From positions 1 to 50,686 of the IMG/VR virus record IMGVR_UViG_3300020336_000224: DNA of 50,686 bases. One strand, 5' to 3'. This stretch comes from a virus (lineage: Duplodnaviria; Caudoviricetes). This document shows, piece by piece, positions 1 through 10,214 of the stretch. Every line of letters begins with the position of its first letter. The first letter of the stretch is position 1. A program made the position numbers and the translations under genes. Below the pieces are notes generated by a model. The model saw only the letters and a program-made list of their open reading frames with translations, ran no database searches and was not told where the DNA came from.

Positions 1-2
1 CT

Positions 3-1205
3 ACTGATTTTGTTTATGTAGTACCATGTGATATATATTTAAAAGTCGATTTTAATTTTAATTATAAAGTTCCGTATTGGGAAAAGGATATCATACATGC
101 ATTTAAAAATGGCGATTATTACGATGGTGTATGGATCCAACATAAAGACAAAGAAGTATCTAAAAAAGAATTTGACTACAGATTTTTTACAAACAAAAAA
201 GAAATAGACATTGTTGCGTCTACTCCTGAAATAAATGAAGTAATATATTGTTCTAATTATCAAGAATATTTAAGTAAACGGTCAAAGATTAAGTCTAAGT
301 TTTACTATGTAGTTACATCAAATCTTAATGTTGATAATTTTAATTTTAATTACCAAATACCTACATGGGATAAAGATATAGTTCATATATTTAAAAATCA
401 AAAATACTATGACGGAATATTTTTATGTTCTAAAGATGTACAAGTAAGCAGTAAAGAATATGATTATAAGTTCTTTATGAGAAAAAAAGAATTAGACATA
501 AACGCTTCAATACCTAAAACTTTTGATGTTGTGTTTATTAGCTATTACGAATCTAATGCAGATAAACATTTTAGGAAGTTACAAGAACATATACAATTAA
601 CATCTCCAAGTACAAACTTAATATGGATAAGAGATGTCGATGGTATACATCAAGCACATAAAAAAGCCGCAGAAAGAGTACAAACAAATATGTTTTTTGT
701 AGTTGACGGAGATGCAGAAGTTGTTGATGATTTTGATCTTTCGTATCAAGTTGCAAGTTGGGATCAAGATACTGTACATGTTTGGCGAGCAAAAAATCCT
801 GTAAATAATTTAGAGTATGGCTATGGCGGTGCAAAACTATTGCCTACTAAAGCATGTTTAAATATGAATGAAAAAACTACTGATATGACGACAACATTAA
901 GCCCTAAATTTAAAGCGATGCCTACAGTTAGTAATATTTCAGTGTTTGATACAGATCCTTGGAGTACATGGAAAAGTGCATTTAGAGAATGTGCAAAATT
1001 AAGTAGTAAAGTAATTGATAGACAAGATCAGGAAGAAACAGATGAAAGACTTAAAATATGGACTACTACAGCTAATGGAAGATTTCGTGAGTATGCGATT
1101 AGAGGTGCTAGGGCTGGCATGGAGTTTGGCCTTTCTATTGGGGCTGACCTTCGGCTAATAAATGATTTTGCTTGGCTAAGAGAAAAATTTAATGCAGAAA
1201 ATTGA
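3..1205 (+). CDS. Glycosyltransferase-like (GT-A) protein with tandem degenerate domain repeats, 5' truncated by window edge
   Basis: Frame 3 is open from base 3 into ORF 477-1205; C-terminal unit has FFVVDGD (DxD) and YGYGGAKL; two similar ~80-aa units upstream. Confidence 0.65.
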   Translation, partial: TDFVYVVPCDIYLKVDFNFNYKVPYWEKDIIHAFKNGDYYDGVWIQHKDKEVSKKEFDYRFFTNKKEIDIVASTPEINEVIYCSNYQEYLSKRSKIKSKFYYVVTSNLNVDNFNFNYQIPTWDKDIVHIFKNQKYYDGIFLCSKDVQVSSKEYDYKFFMRKKELDINASIPKTFDVVFISYYESNADKHFRKLQEHIQLTSPSTNLIWIRDVDGIHQAHKKAAERVQTNMFFVVDGDAEVVDDFDLSYQVASWDQDTVHVWRAKNPVNNLEYGYGGAKLLPTKACLNMNEKTTDMTTTLSPKFKAMPTVSNISVFDTDPWSTWKSAFRECAKLSSKVIDRQDQEETDERLKIWTTTANGRFREYAIRGARAGMEFGLSIGADLRLINDFAWLREKFNAEN

Positions 1206-2262
1206 AGATATTACATCAGTACACATTGAACTTACTGATAAGTGCCAAGCACAATGTCCAATGTGTGCAAGGAATTATCACGGCGGCGCAGTAAGGCCTT
1301 TTATACGTAATGGTGATATTTCTATAGAGCAATTTAAAGAGTGGTTTCCAAAAGAATTTTTAGAAAAATTGTATAACTTTTATAGTTGTGGAAATTACGG
1401 TGACCCTGCATTTGCAAAAGATTGTTTAGAAATATATGAATACGTAAGATCGTGTAACAAGGAAACTAGACTTGCATTACACACTAATGGAGGAATGCGT
1501 GATCCTAAATGGTGGAGTAAACTTGCAATAGCAATAGGAACACAACGTAACAGCGAAGTAATTTTTGCTGTAGATGGCTTTCCAGGCAAACATGAGTTAT
1601 ATAGGCGTAATACAAAATTTGAAAAAGTTATAGAAAATATGAGTGCTTTTATAAATGCAGGAGGAACAGCAAGAGTTGATAGTTTAGTATTTGCACATAA
1701 CGAACATGAAACAGAAGAACTAGAGTCATATCTACTTGACTTAGGAGTAGACAAAGTTAATTTTATTAGTACTACGAGATTCTATGAAATGAAAGAATAC
1801 AAAGTACAAAATGTTAAAGGGGATATTGAATATTATCTAAAACCAGCAGAATTGCCCAAATGGAAAAAGACCCCAAACAAAAGTTTAGAAAACTTGTTAG
1901 ATGTACAGTTTAGAGAAAGTGCTATTGAAAAAAGTGTAATTGATCCTAAGTGTACAAACGAGCAAAGTATATATGTTGACCCTTATGGAAGCATATTTCC
2001 GTGTTGTTGGATAGGCGGCGACAGTTTAGAACAGCCAATAGAAGAAACATTGCCTATACACAAACTTAGAAATTTAAGTGTACAAAATACAAAAGAAATG
2101 TTAGAAGTAATAGGCATTCCTAAGTGCCAACACGGTGCCTTAAAGCAAACAGGAGCCCTATGGCCGAAGTTAAATACTTATTGGAACGGGAAAGATAAGT
2201 GTATGACATGTGCAAGACAATGTAGTAAATTAATTTACGATAGTAATAATAAGTATGAATAA
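1192..2262 (+). CDS. Radical SAM protein with C-terminal SPASM/twitch domain
   Basis: CQAQCPMC motif, GNYGDP, HTNG, C-terminal C...YVDPYGSIFPCC...CMTC. Confidence 0.9.
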   Translation: MQKIEDITSVHIELTDKCQAQCPMCARNYHGGAVRPFIRNGDISIEQFKEWFPKEFLEKLYNFYSCGNYGDPAFAKDCLEIYEYVRSCNKETRLALHTNGGMRDPKWWSKLAIAIGTQRNSEVIFAVDGFPGKHELYRRNTKFEKVIENMSAFINAGGTARVDSLVFAHNEHETEELESYLLDLGVDKVNFISTTRFYEMKEYKVQNVKGDIEYYLKPAELPKWKKTPNKSLENLLDVQFRESAIEKSVIDPKCTNEQSIYVDPYGSIFPCCWIGGDSLEQPIEETLPIHKLRNLSVQNTKEMLEVIGIPKCQHGALKQTGALWPKLNTYWNGKDKCMTCARQCSKLIYDSNNKYE

Positions 2263-3238
2263 TTTTCAAAGTATCCCATGGGATAATATAACCAAGTTTG
2301 GCCAACAAACGATGCTAGAGACTCATCTTTTTGCAGTTTCGTGGATCCTGGCTAGATTTTGTAATTATGAGTGCAGTTATTGCTGGCCACACGCTAGATC
2401 TAGTACCCCAGACCACCAAGATTTAGAATTGTACTTAAACACCATAGATAGTATCAAAGCACAGGCACGTGAAAATAACTTCACTGATTTCCACTTTTCT
2501 TTTAGCGGCGGCGAACCTACTGCCTATAAGCATTTTGGCAAAGTGATAGAACACTATGCAAATGATCCTGCTCCAGAATACCAAAGTATTCATATGACAA
2601 CTAACCTTTCGCCAGGAAGCATATGGTGGAATAAATGGATAGAAGCAACATCTAAACTTCAACGTAGAAGTATTACCGCTAGTTACCATGCTGAATTTGC
2701 TAAAGAGCAAGAGTTTGGTGACAAATGTTTACAGTTGATAGATAACGGTGTGTATGTTACAATTAATCAAGTAATGGTACCAGAATTATTTAATGAGCTT
2801 TATGAAAGATTAGAGAGATTTGCTGAAAGAGGTATTAATGTAACTCTTAAACCTCAATCAAATCCTACTGCTTCTGCTATAGTTGACGGTTATACACAAG
2901 AACAAAAACATCTTATGCAAATAGGATTTCCACAAAGCTGGAATGGCGAAGAAATATATCAAATTAAATTAGTAGACGATAATAACAATCAATACAAGTT
3001 TGATCAAGCAGAACGTTTTAATGCGTTTGGGTTTAACAAATTTAAAGGTTGGAATTGTAATGCAGGCTATCAAAGTTGTGTTATTAGAGAGCATGAAGTA
3101 CGCAGAAGCTATTCATGTCATGACGAACCGTTAGGAACGCTACAAGACGGTTTTACGCTGTTTAAGACACCATCTAAGTGTATAACTCCTACGTGTGTAA
3201 GTAGTGCAGATAGCAAAATACCAAAGAGGAAAATATGA
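2255..3238 (+). CDS. Radical SAM protein
   Basis: CNYECSYC, SGGEPT, MTTN, C-terminal FKGWNCNAG Cys-rich domain. Confidence 0.9.
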   Translation: MNNFQSIPWDNITKFGQQTMLETHLFAVSWILARFCNYECSYCWPHARSSTPDHQDLELYLNTIDSIKAQARENNFTDFHFSFSGGEPTAYKHFGKVIEHYANDPAPEYQSIHMTTNLSPGSIWWNKWIEATSKLQRRSITASYHAEFAKEQEFGDKCLQLIDNGVYVTINQVMVPELFNELYERLERFAERGINVTLKPQSNPTASAIVDGYTQEQKHLMQIGFPQSWNGEEIYQIKLVDDNNNQYKFDQAERFNAFGFNKFKGWNCNAGYQSCVIREHEVRRSYSCHDEPLGTLQDGFTLFKTPSKCITPTCVSSADSKIPKRKI

Positions 3239-4350
3239 TTACACTATGGTATGATGCAGAGGTAAACTGCCAACATGAAGACTTTGTTTATAGTAATAGA
3301 ACTATATTTGATGCAGAATCAAAACAAGTTGGAGATACCTTTAATCCTAACAATAAAAATTATTATATAATAGAATTACACAATGTATACAAAGATGTTG
3401 ACTTATTTTCATTAATGTCTACACAAGCAAAGAGTTTACTACGTCAAGGTTTAAAAATAATATTATATTATCCTAAAGAAGGGCATTCTCTAGATGATTG
3501 GTTAATAAACATTTATAAAAGTGTTAAACATAATGATATAGAAGGAAAAATTTATCTAGTGTTTGGCGATAATGATCTAAAAGAAAACTATAAATTGTTT
3601 TTAAAAGAAAATGTTATTGAAGATTTCCTTGTTCCTATCAGTATAGACTTTTTTGCAAAATATTATTTAGATGCAGTTGAAGGAAAAAATAAAGACTATC
3701 TTTTTTACAATGGTAAACTTAGACCACACAGACTATATGCAGTATCAGAGTTAGATAAACACAACGTTTTAGATAAAGGTATTGTTAGTTTAACAGCAAC
3801 CGAGTATACAAATGGTGTCTTTAGTTTACAAGAATGTGTTGATGTACTTAACAAAAATAATGCAGGGTCAGATCATTTAGATAATTTTGTAGATAACTTT
3901 AAGCCTATGATTTTAGATATACCTTCAGATAAATTTTCATTAAGTGTTACAGATCAAACTAACTTTGATCACTACGGACATACTTATTTTAGTGTTATTA
4001 GTGAAACTTCTATTACGCATAGATTTGTTACAGAAAAAATTTATAAAGCATTTTATAACTTACATCCATTTATTGTGATTGGTCCTCCAAAAATGTTGCA
4101 ATTATTAAAAGAGAAAGGATATCAAACTTTTGAAGAATTGTTTGACGAATCTTACGATAATGAACCTAACCATGTAAAAAGAGTTGATTTAGCAATACAA
4201 CAAATTGTAAAATTTTGCAATCTTTCAGAGTCTGACAAACGTGAAAAATGTAATAAAATTATGAATAAATTATACTATAATAGAGAACATTATATAAAAA
4301 GTGCAAAATCTCAACCAAACATATTTAAAGTGATCGATAATGAAGATTGA
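3235..4350 (+). CDS. Putative glycosyltransferase-like protein (GT10/fucosyltransferase-like TEK motif)
   Basis: FSVISET...FVTEKIYKAFYNLHPFIVIG; paralogue of 27456-28643; ATGA overlap. Confidence 0.45.
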   Translation: MITLWYDAEVNCQHEDFVYSNRTIFDAESKQVGDTFNPNNKNYYIIELHNVYKDVDLFSLMSTQAKSLLRQGLKIILYYPKEGHSLDDWLINIYKSVKHNDIEGKIYLVFGDNDLKENYKLFLKENVIEDFLVPISIDFFAKYYLDAVEGKNKDYLFYNGKLRPHRLYAVSELDKHNVLDKGIVSLTATEYTNGVFSLQECVDVLNKNNAGSDHLDNFVDNFKPMILDIPSDKFSLSVTDQTNFDHYGHTYFSVISETSITHRFVTEKIYKAFYNLHPFIVIGPPKMLQLLKEKGYQTFEELFDESYDNEPNHVKRVDLAIQQIVKFCNLSESDKREKCNKIMNKLYYNREHYIKSAKSQPNIFKVIDNED

Positions 4351-4954
4351 TATAGAAGATGTATTATTTTGGATGGACGCTATTCGTAATAGCGATAACC
4401 GATATCGTACACTTGAAAGTTTTTGGAAAGGACAAGTAAAAAGTAAAATTTGGTTAATAGAAGCACTAGAAAAACATAACAGATCTATAATGAATGCTGA
4501 TGTAGTTATTCATGGTGGGTGGAACGGAGTATTATCATCACTATTGTTTAATTCAAATTTAGGTATTAGGCATATAACATCTATTGATATTGATAGAACG
4601 TGTGAAAATACAGCAAATACAATTAATAAAAGATATGAAATACAAGGAAAGTTTAATAGCATTACACAAGATATGGTAACTTATAAATATGATAAACCAC
4701 CTTATCTTATAATTAACACTAGTTGTGAGCATATAAATCAAGAGCAGTATTTAGAATGGTTAAGTAATGTACCAAAAAGTTCTACAGTAGTTTTACAAAG
4801 TAATAATTATTTTGAATTAGATGAGCATATAAATTGTAGTAAAAATTTAGAAGAGTTTGTTAAAAAATCAAACTTAAAAGTTGATGTTGCTGAAACATTA
4901 TCTTTTGAAAAATATGATAGATATATGATAATAGGAAAAAAACAAAATGTCTGA
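4340..4954 (+). CDS. Class I SAM-dependent methyltransferase
   Basis: VVIHGGWNG motif I, SIDID, INTSCEH. Confidence 0.7.
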   Translation: MKIDIEDVLFWMDAIRNSDNRYRTLESFWKGQVKSKIWLIEALEKHNRSIMNADVVIHGGWNGVLSSLLFNSNLGIRHITSIDIDRTCENTANTINKRYEIQGKFNSITQDMVTYKYDKPPYLIINTSCEHINQEQYLEWLSNVPKSSTVVLQSNNYFELDEHINCSKNLEEFVKKSNLKVDVAETLSFEKYDRYMIIGKKQNV

Positions 4955-6329
4955 TTTAGACAAATATACAGACGCTATAGCAAAAGCTGCCGGAAGTAAA
5001 ACATTCTGTGTCCTGCCATGGATACACTTTGCTACTAGACCTAACGGTGATATGAGATTATGTTGTTCTTCAAATGCCAGTGGTGCAGGTCAAGACCACG
5101 AAGTAGGTTTAGTTAAAATGGAACACGGTAAACCTGCAAACTTTGGTAGAGAAACACCTATGGAAGCATGGAATAATGATTACATGAAAAGTGTACGTAC
5201 TACTATGTTAGATGGTAAAATACCTGCAAGTTGTCGTAAGTGTTTTGAAGAAGAATCAAAAGGTGTAGCAAGTAAACGAGTATGGGAGAGTTACACATGG
5301 ATGGAAGACGGTGTTGATATTCCTGAGCTTGTAAGACAGACTAAAGAAGATGGTACTGTTCCAGAAAACTTAAAATACTTAGACTTACGTTTAGGACATA
5401 CATGTAATATTAAGTGTGTTATGTGTAGTCCACATGATAGTAGTAAATGGGTAATGGATCATAAAAAACTAATACCTCAGTTAGAAGATCCAGAAGTACT
5501 AAGACAAATGCAATGGGACAAAAAAGAATTTAATAATAAGTGGCACGAAAAAGATACGTTTTGGGAAGAAATGAATTCTCAAATACCAAATTTACGACAA
5601 GTATATTTTGCCGGAGGCGAACCTCTAATGATCAAAGAACATAAAATGTTTATTGAAGAAATTATTAGGCAAGGGTACCAAGATAAAATATTATTGCGTT
5701 ACAATTCAAACGGATTACTAGTTGACGAAGATTTAATTGAATTATGGAGTAAATTTAAGAAAGTAAAATTTGCTGTTAGTATGGATGCTAGTTATGAACG
5801 TGATGAATATATTAGACATCCAACTGACTGGAGTACTGTAGAAAAAACATTACACTTGTTAGATAATACTCCTGATAATATACAAACTAGTTTAGCAACA
5901 GCGATACAAATATTCAATGTAAAACATCTACCCGACTTTATGAAATGGAAAGTAGAGAGCGGATTTAAAAAACTCAACGTTGGTGAAGTACCCGGCGGCG
6001 TACAAATGGGCGGAGGTTTAGTAAACATGCACTTATTATATATACCAACGTTTCTAAGTATACAAATACTGCCAAAAGAAGATAAAGAAGAAGTTAAAGA
6101 ACGCTTTATGGATTTTAAAGATTGGCTGTGGAACAACTACAGGCAAGATGACGACTATTGGAAACATAATCCATATGGTTGGAAACGTTGGGAAGCAGTT
6201 CTTAATCATATGAATGCACAAGACAATAGTCATTTACTTCCAGGATTTAAAGAGTATGTAAACAAACTAGATGCAATACGTGGATTAAAAGCCGCAAAAG
6301 TATTTCCGGAGTTAGCACACTTATTATGA
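4947..6329 (+). CDS. Radical SAM protein with N-terminal twitch domain
   Basis: FCVLPW...RLCC...CRKC, then CNIKCVMC, FAGGEPL, YNSNG. Confidence 0.9.
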   Translation: MSDLDKYTDAIAKAAGSKTFCVLPWIHFATRPNGDMRLCCSSNASGAGQDHEVGLVKMEHGKPANFGRETPMEAWNNDYMKSVRTTMLDGKIPASCRKCFEEESKGVASKRVWESYTWMEDGVDIPELVRQTKEDGTVPENLKYLDLRLGHTCNIKCVMCSPHDSSKWVMDHKKLIPQLEDPEVLRQMQWDKKEFNNKWHEKDTFWEEMNSQIPNLRQVYFAGGEPLMIKEHKMFIEEIIRQGYQDKILLRYNSNGLLVDEDLIELWSKFKKVKFAVSMDASYERDEYIRHPTDWSTVEKTLHLLDNTPDNIQTSLATAIQIFNVKHLPDFMKWKVESGFKKLNVGEVPGGVQMGGGLVNMHLLYIPTFLSIQILPKEDKEEVKERFMDFKDWLWNNYRQDDDYWKHNPYGWKRWEAVLNHMNAQDNSHLLPGFKEYVNKLDAIRGLKAAKVFPELAHLL

Positions 6330-7324
6330 GAGAATTAGTTAAGATTATTACTACTCAAGATCCAGAGACATTAGACATTAGATTTTGGCCTACAGATATA
6401 TGTAATTTTAATTGTGCATATTGTTTTCCAGGTAGCGTAACTAATAAATTACGTTATCCTAAAAATATCGATACTGTAATAAAAAACTTTAGAGCATTAT
6501 TTGATTATTATATAATGACACACAACAAAACACATTTTAAAATTAATGTAGTAGGTGGCGGCGAGCCCACACTGTGGCCGCATTTTGCACAGTTTTGTAG
6601 AGAAATAAAAGAAAATCATAGTGTGCATATACAATGTACTACTAATGGTAGTAGAACTGTAAGATGGTTTGAAAAAAATACACAGGATGTAGATGAATTT
6701 GTACTAAGTTGCCATCAAAAAGATGTAAACATTGAAAATTTTATAGCTGTTGGTGATTACTTATTTGCTAATGGCAAGGATGTTACTGGACTAATGTTGA
6801 TGGATGCGTCAGCCTGGAATAGATGTATTGAACTAATTGAAGTTATGAAGACAAGTGAGCAACCTTGGATTATACAAGCAAAAGAAGTAGTAGATGCACC
6901 AGGCTATGATATACAAAGTTACACTGAAGAACAACTAAAATTTTTACAGCAACCATTAAAACGTGCTCCTAATTCCGATTGGATTATTTCTAACCTACAT
7001 AGATTTAGAATACATGAAAGTATAGCAATGTATAACAATGATGCTGCAGTACCAGCAACACCAAACAAATATATAATGGAGCAATCTAATTATTTTAAAG
7101 GTTGGAAATGTAATGTTGCTATAGAAAACTTAGTAATAACACATGATGGCAGTGTTACAGGTAGCTGTCAAGAGCAAGTATTTGCAGATGCAGATATTAA
7201 TATGTTTGCAGAGGATTTTATTTTACGTTTTAATAAAGCTAAAATGGATTTAAAAACAATAGTATGTCCCAGGACTAGTTGTAGTTGTCAACCTGATACA
7301 CACATTACTAAATGGAAATCTTAG
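6326..7324 (+). CDS. Radical SAM protein
   Basis: CNFNCAYC, GGGEPT, TTNGSR, C-terminal FKGWKC...CPRTSCSC. Confidence 0.9.
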   Translation: MRELVKIITTQDPETLDIRFWPTDICNFNCAYCFPGSVTNKLRYPKNIDTVIKNFRALFDYYIMTHNKTHFKINVVGGGEPTLWPHFAQFCREIKENHSVHIQCTTNGSRTVRWFEKNTQDVDEFVLSCHQKDVNIENFIAVGDYLFANGKDVTGLMLMDASAWNRCIELIEVMKTSEQPWIIQAKEVVDAPGYDIQSYTEEQLKFLQQPLKRAPNSDWIISNLHRFRIHESIAMYNNDAAVPATPNKYIMEQSNYFKGWKCNVAIENLVITHDGSVTGSCQEQVFADADINMFAEDFILRFNKAKMDLKTIVCPRTSCSCQPDTHITKWKS

Positions 7325-8216
7325 TTAATGGGATATCAGCAGCACAAGTACACCACTGACGAGTACAAATAATTTCTTGTTCAGGCTCTTCAAAACTACC
7401 ATTATAAATATTTCCCAAACTACCGCCTACCCTACAAGTTGCACGATGAACTTCTCCGTCCCAGTTAATCATTAAACTTTCAATACCAGCCGAACATTTC
7501 CAGCCCTTAAAGTTATTCATTTTCTTTTTAATGATATCGTTAGCATGATATAAATCTTTGTCGTCAACTACGCAGTTTTCTTTAGCAGTAGAATCTTTAC
7601 TTAATATCCATTGTAAGTCACGTTCATTATATTTCATGTCGTCAAACCAATCACGGTTTTCTGCTTCTGTCCAGCGTATACGTCTAATTACATATGGGAC
7701 ATTGTGTCCGTCAAATAAATTAGTAGCCATTTTTACTCTGTCCATATGTTCATGGTGTGCCATAATATTTACTTGAAATGGTATATTTTGATCTGCTTCA
7801 TTTAGTTGTGAAAAAGCAACTACAGTATCTATACATCTACGCCAATGTTCATCTTCCTCAAAATGCAAACTAAAAACATAATGATTTACGTTTAAGTTAC
7901 TATAAAAATTAGGTGGTAACGTAGCGTTTGTAGTTATATTAATCCAGTCTACTCTTTGTGAAGCATGTTCTAGTAGTTCTTTTATATCAGGATGTACGCA
8001 AGGTTCTCCTCCTGTAAAACTTAATCTTACAGGTTTGCCTATTTCTGCTAGTGCATCAACGGCATCCGTTAAAACTTTTATATTAGTATGAGGACTAAAG
8101 TTGTCATGTATTTCTGCAGGACAATATGTGCAATCGAAATTGCAACGCTTTCCAAGGTTCCATTCAACGTGAACTGATTCTGCATGTGAGTCCCATCTCG
8201 GTTCTACTTTATACAT
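7308..8216 (-). CDS. Radical SAM protein
   Basis: CNFDCTYC, TGGEP, TTNAT, FKGWKCSAG...CTRQWCTC; start set at MYKVEP. Confidence 0.9.
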   Translation of the reverse strand: MYKVEPRWDSHAESVHVEWNLGKRCNFDCTYCPAEIHDNFSPHTNIKVLTDAVDALAEIGKPVRLSFTGGEPCVHPDIKELLEHASQRVDWINITTNATLPPNFYSNLNVNHYVFSLHFEEDEHWRRCIDTVVAFSQLNEADQNIPFQVNIMAHHEHMDRVKMATNLFDGHNVPYVIRRIRWTEAENRDWFDDMKYNERDLQWILSKDSTAKENCVVDDKDLYHANDIIKKKMNNFKGWKCSAGIESLMINWDGEVHRATCRVGGSLGNIYNGSFEEPEQEIICTRQWCTCAADIPLTKISI

Positions 8217-9477
8217 AAGGAGCAAACTCAGGGTTGGCTGTGAGAAAGTCTTGCCCTCTAGTTTTATCTAGATTATGGTTAAACGCTATACAGTCTTGCC
8301 AGTGTGTGTTGTACATACATTTAGCCTGCAAAAAATTAATATTGTCTTGTATTTGTTGTAGTGTAACTTTTTTAAGCAATTCGTTTTCTTGAACTAATGA
8401 ATATGTTAGTACAGTTTTTTTCATTGCTTCAAGTTTAGTAATAACTTGTTGTTTTAGTTCTGGCGGTAACACTTGTGCTGAAAGCGACATTGGATAGTTT
8501 ACTCTGTGAGAATAAAAAATAATACCCATTTCGTTTAAGAAGTAATCAATAACTTTGTCTATCTGCATTATGTTGTTTGCTTGTACAGTAAACGCACCTA
8601 CAACTCTACTTACATTAGGAAAACTCTTAAACACTTTTACATTTTCTTCTACTTCTGCAAACTTACCATTACCTCTAATGTATTCATATGTGTCATGCAA
8701 ACCATCTATACTTACATTTACAGCAACACTTTTAAACTTAGGCCAATAGTCATGTATAGTACGCCCACCTTTAATACCTAGTGTTGTGCCATTAGTAGCA
8801 TACTTGATTTCTATATTCTCTCCGTACTCTGCTAGTCTATCTAAAATTTTGTAATGGTATGGATCCATTAGTGGTTCACCACCTGCAAACTCTACTCGCC
8901 TAAAGTAAGGTAGTAGTTTTTCAAAACTAGACCACCAGTTATCTGAGTTATCAAATGGACCTATATACTTTCCAGGAGTATCAACTAATTTTTCAACTGT
9001 AGGAATAAGATAGTTATTTTCTTTTTTGTAGAACTCAGTAACTTGGTTCCAATCCTTCCAACTAGTACTATCAAGTGGATTGCACATACGACACTTTAAA
9101 TTACATAAGTTATTGAGTTTAATTTCCATTGTAGGAAGCTCAAAAGGCATGCTATAATCGTCGTCTAAAGCGTCTAATGCATCAGGATATAAGTTAACCC
9201 TAGCTTCAGGTATTACTCCTGCTGTATGACGCTGTCGTAAGCTCTCTACACCCTGATCTTCTAAGTCAAAGCAAGGCTTACATACATCAGGACGTTCATC
9301 ATTCATTACTTGCCGGCGAACTTCTTTCATCTTGTCGCCATTCCAAACTTCTTCTAATGTTTCTTCTTGTATCCAACCAACAGGTTGACTACGACAGCAA
9401 ACTTTTATAGCACCGTCTTCTCTAGTAGCAAGACCAGTAAACGGATGCATACAAAATGTTTTACTTTTGCATGGCAT
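8209..9477 (-). CDS. Radical SAM protein with N-terminal twitch domain
   Basis: FCMHPF...VCC...CKPC, CNLKCRMC, FAGGEPL, YATNG. Confidence 0.9.
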   Translation of the reverse strand: MPCKSKTFCMHPFTGLATREDGAIKVCCRSQPVGWIQEETLEEVWNGDKMKEVRRQVMNDERPDVCKPCFDLEDQGVESLRQRHTAGVIPEARVNLYPDALDALDDDYSMPFELPTMEIKLNNLCNLKCRMCNPLDSTSWKDWNQVTEFYKKENNYLIPTVEKLVDTPGKYIGPFDNSDNWWSSFEKLLPYFRRVEFAGGEPLMDPYHYKILDRLAEYGENIEIKYATNGTTLGIKGGRTIHDYWPKFKSVAVNVSIDGLHDTYEYIRGNGKFAEVEENVKVFKSFPNVSRVVGAFTVQANNIMQIDKVIDYFLNEMGIIFYSHRVNYPMSLSAQVLPPELKQQVITKLEAMKKTVLTYSLVQENELLKKVTLQQIQDNINFLQAKCMYNTHWQDCIAFNHNLDKTRGQDFLTANPEFAPYV

Positions 9478-10165
9478 TTATAACTCCCCATTCTCGTTCT
9501 AAACACCAAAAGCATTTACCACACGTTGGTACATGTTGTCCTGGTTTATAAGTTTTATAATCTAAGTCTTTAAACACTTCAGGATATGCATCAATATCAC
9601 CTTCGCAACTCCTAGTTAAATTAAGTAAATCAGCAATATCATGTTTTATGTATTGACTAATAATCCAATCCTTTTTAGTATACACGAAAGGATGGCAAAT
9701 GTCAATACCGTCGTGTACAAAATGAGGCTCTAAATGACTATCATCTCTTTCTTCAACTTTTCCAGGAAAGTCTACGTCAGGATTCATAGTCACTCCTGCA
9801 TATAGTGCATTAAGATTATGTTTACTAGCAATAAATTCGTTAAAACTTCTAAGAATAATTCTATTACCGGGTTTTAATTTTCCGTACTCGTCGGTAATTA
9901 ATGTAGTGCTTGGCTCTTCCATTTCAGGAGGTATTAAATTTTTATGTACATGAAAGGTATGATCAAAGCGATCTTTAAACCATTCAATTACTTGATCAGC
10001 AACGTATTCTTGCCAAGGTCGCGTTCTCCACAATCGTATTTGACTGGTAAAATGTATTTCTGCATTGGTATTAGAACAAATTAAATATGCTAGTAACGCA
10101 CTGTCTGCTCCGCCACTAAGACTAATACCTATACGCTTCCAACTAGGATTTAAGTATAGTTCCAT
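9461..10165 (-). CDS. QueC-like PP-loop ATPase
   Basis: ISLSGGADS PP-loop; TRSC...CGKCFWCLER Zn site typical of QueC; divergent middle region. Confidence 0.7.
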   Translation of the reverse strand: MELYLNPSWKRIGISLSGGADSALLAYLICSNTNAEIHFTSQIRLWRTRPWQEYVADQVIEWFKDRFDHTFHVHKNLIPPEMEEPSTTLITDEYGKLKPGNRIILRSFNEFIASKHNLNALYAGVTMNPDVDFPGKVEERDDSHLEPHFVHDGIDICHPFVYTKKDWIISQYIKHDIADLLNLTRSCEGDIDAYPEVFKDLDYKTYKPGQHVPTCGKCFWCLEREWGVINAMQK

Positions 10166-10170
10166 AATAT

Positions 10171-10214
10171 TATTTACCAAGTTTTCTACGCATATAACTA
10201 CAATACGGTAAATA
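10171..10214. promoter_or_regulatory. Divergent pair of T4-late-like promoter elements (GGTAAATA on both strands)
   Basis: TAAATA at 10171-10176 (-) and 10209-10214 (+), each 5 nt before an ATG (10165; 10220). Confidence 0.65.
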
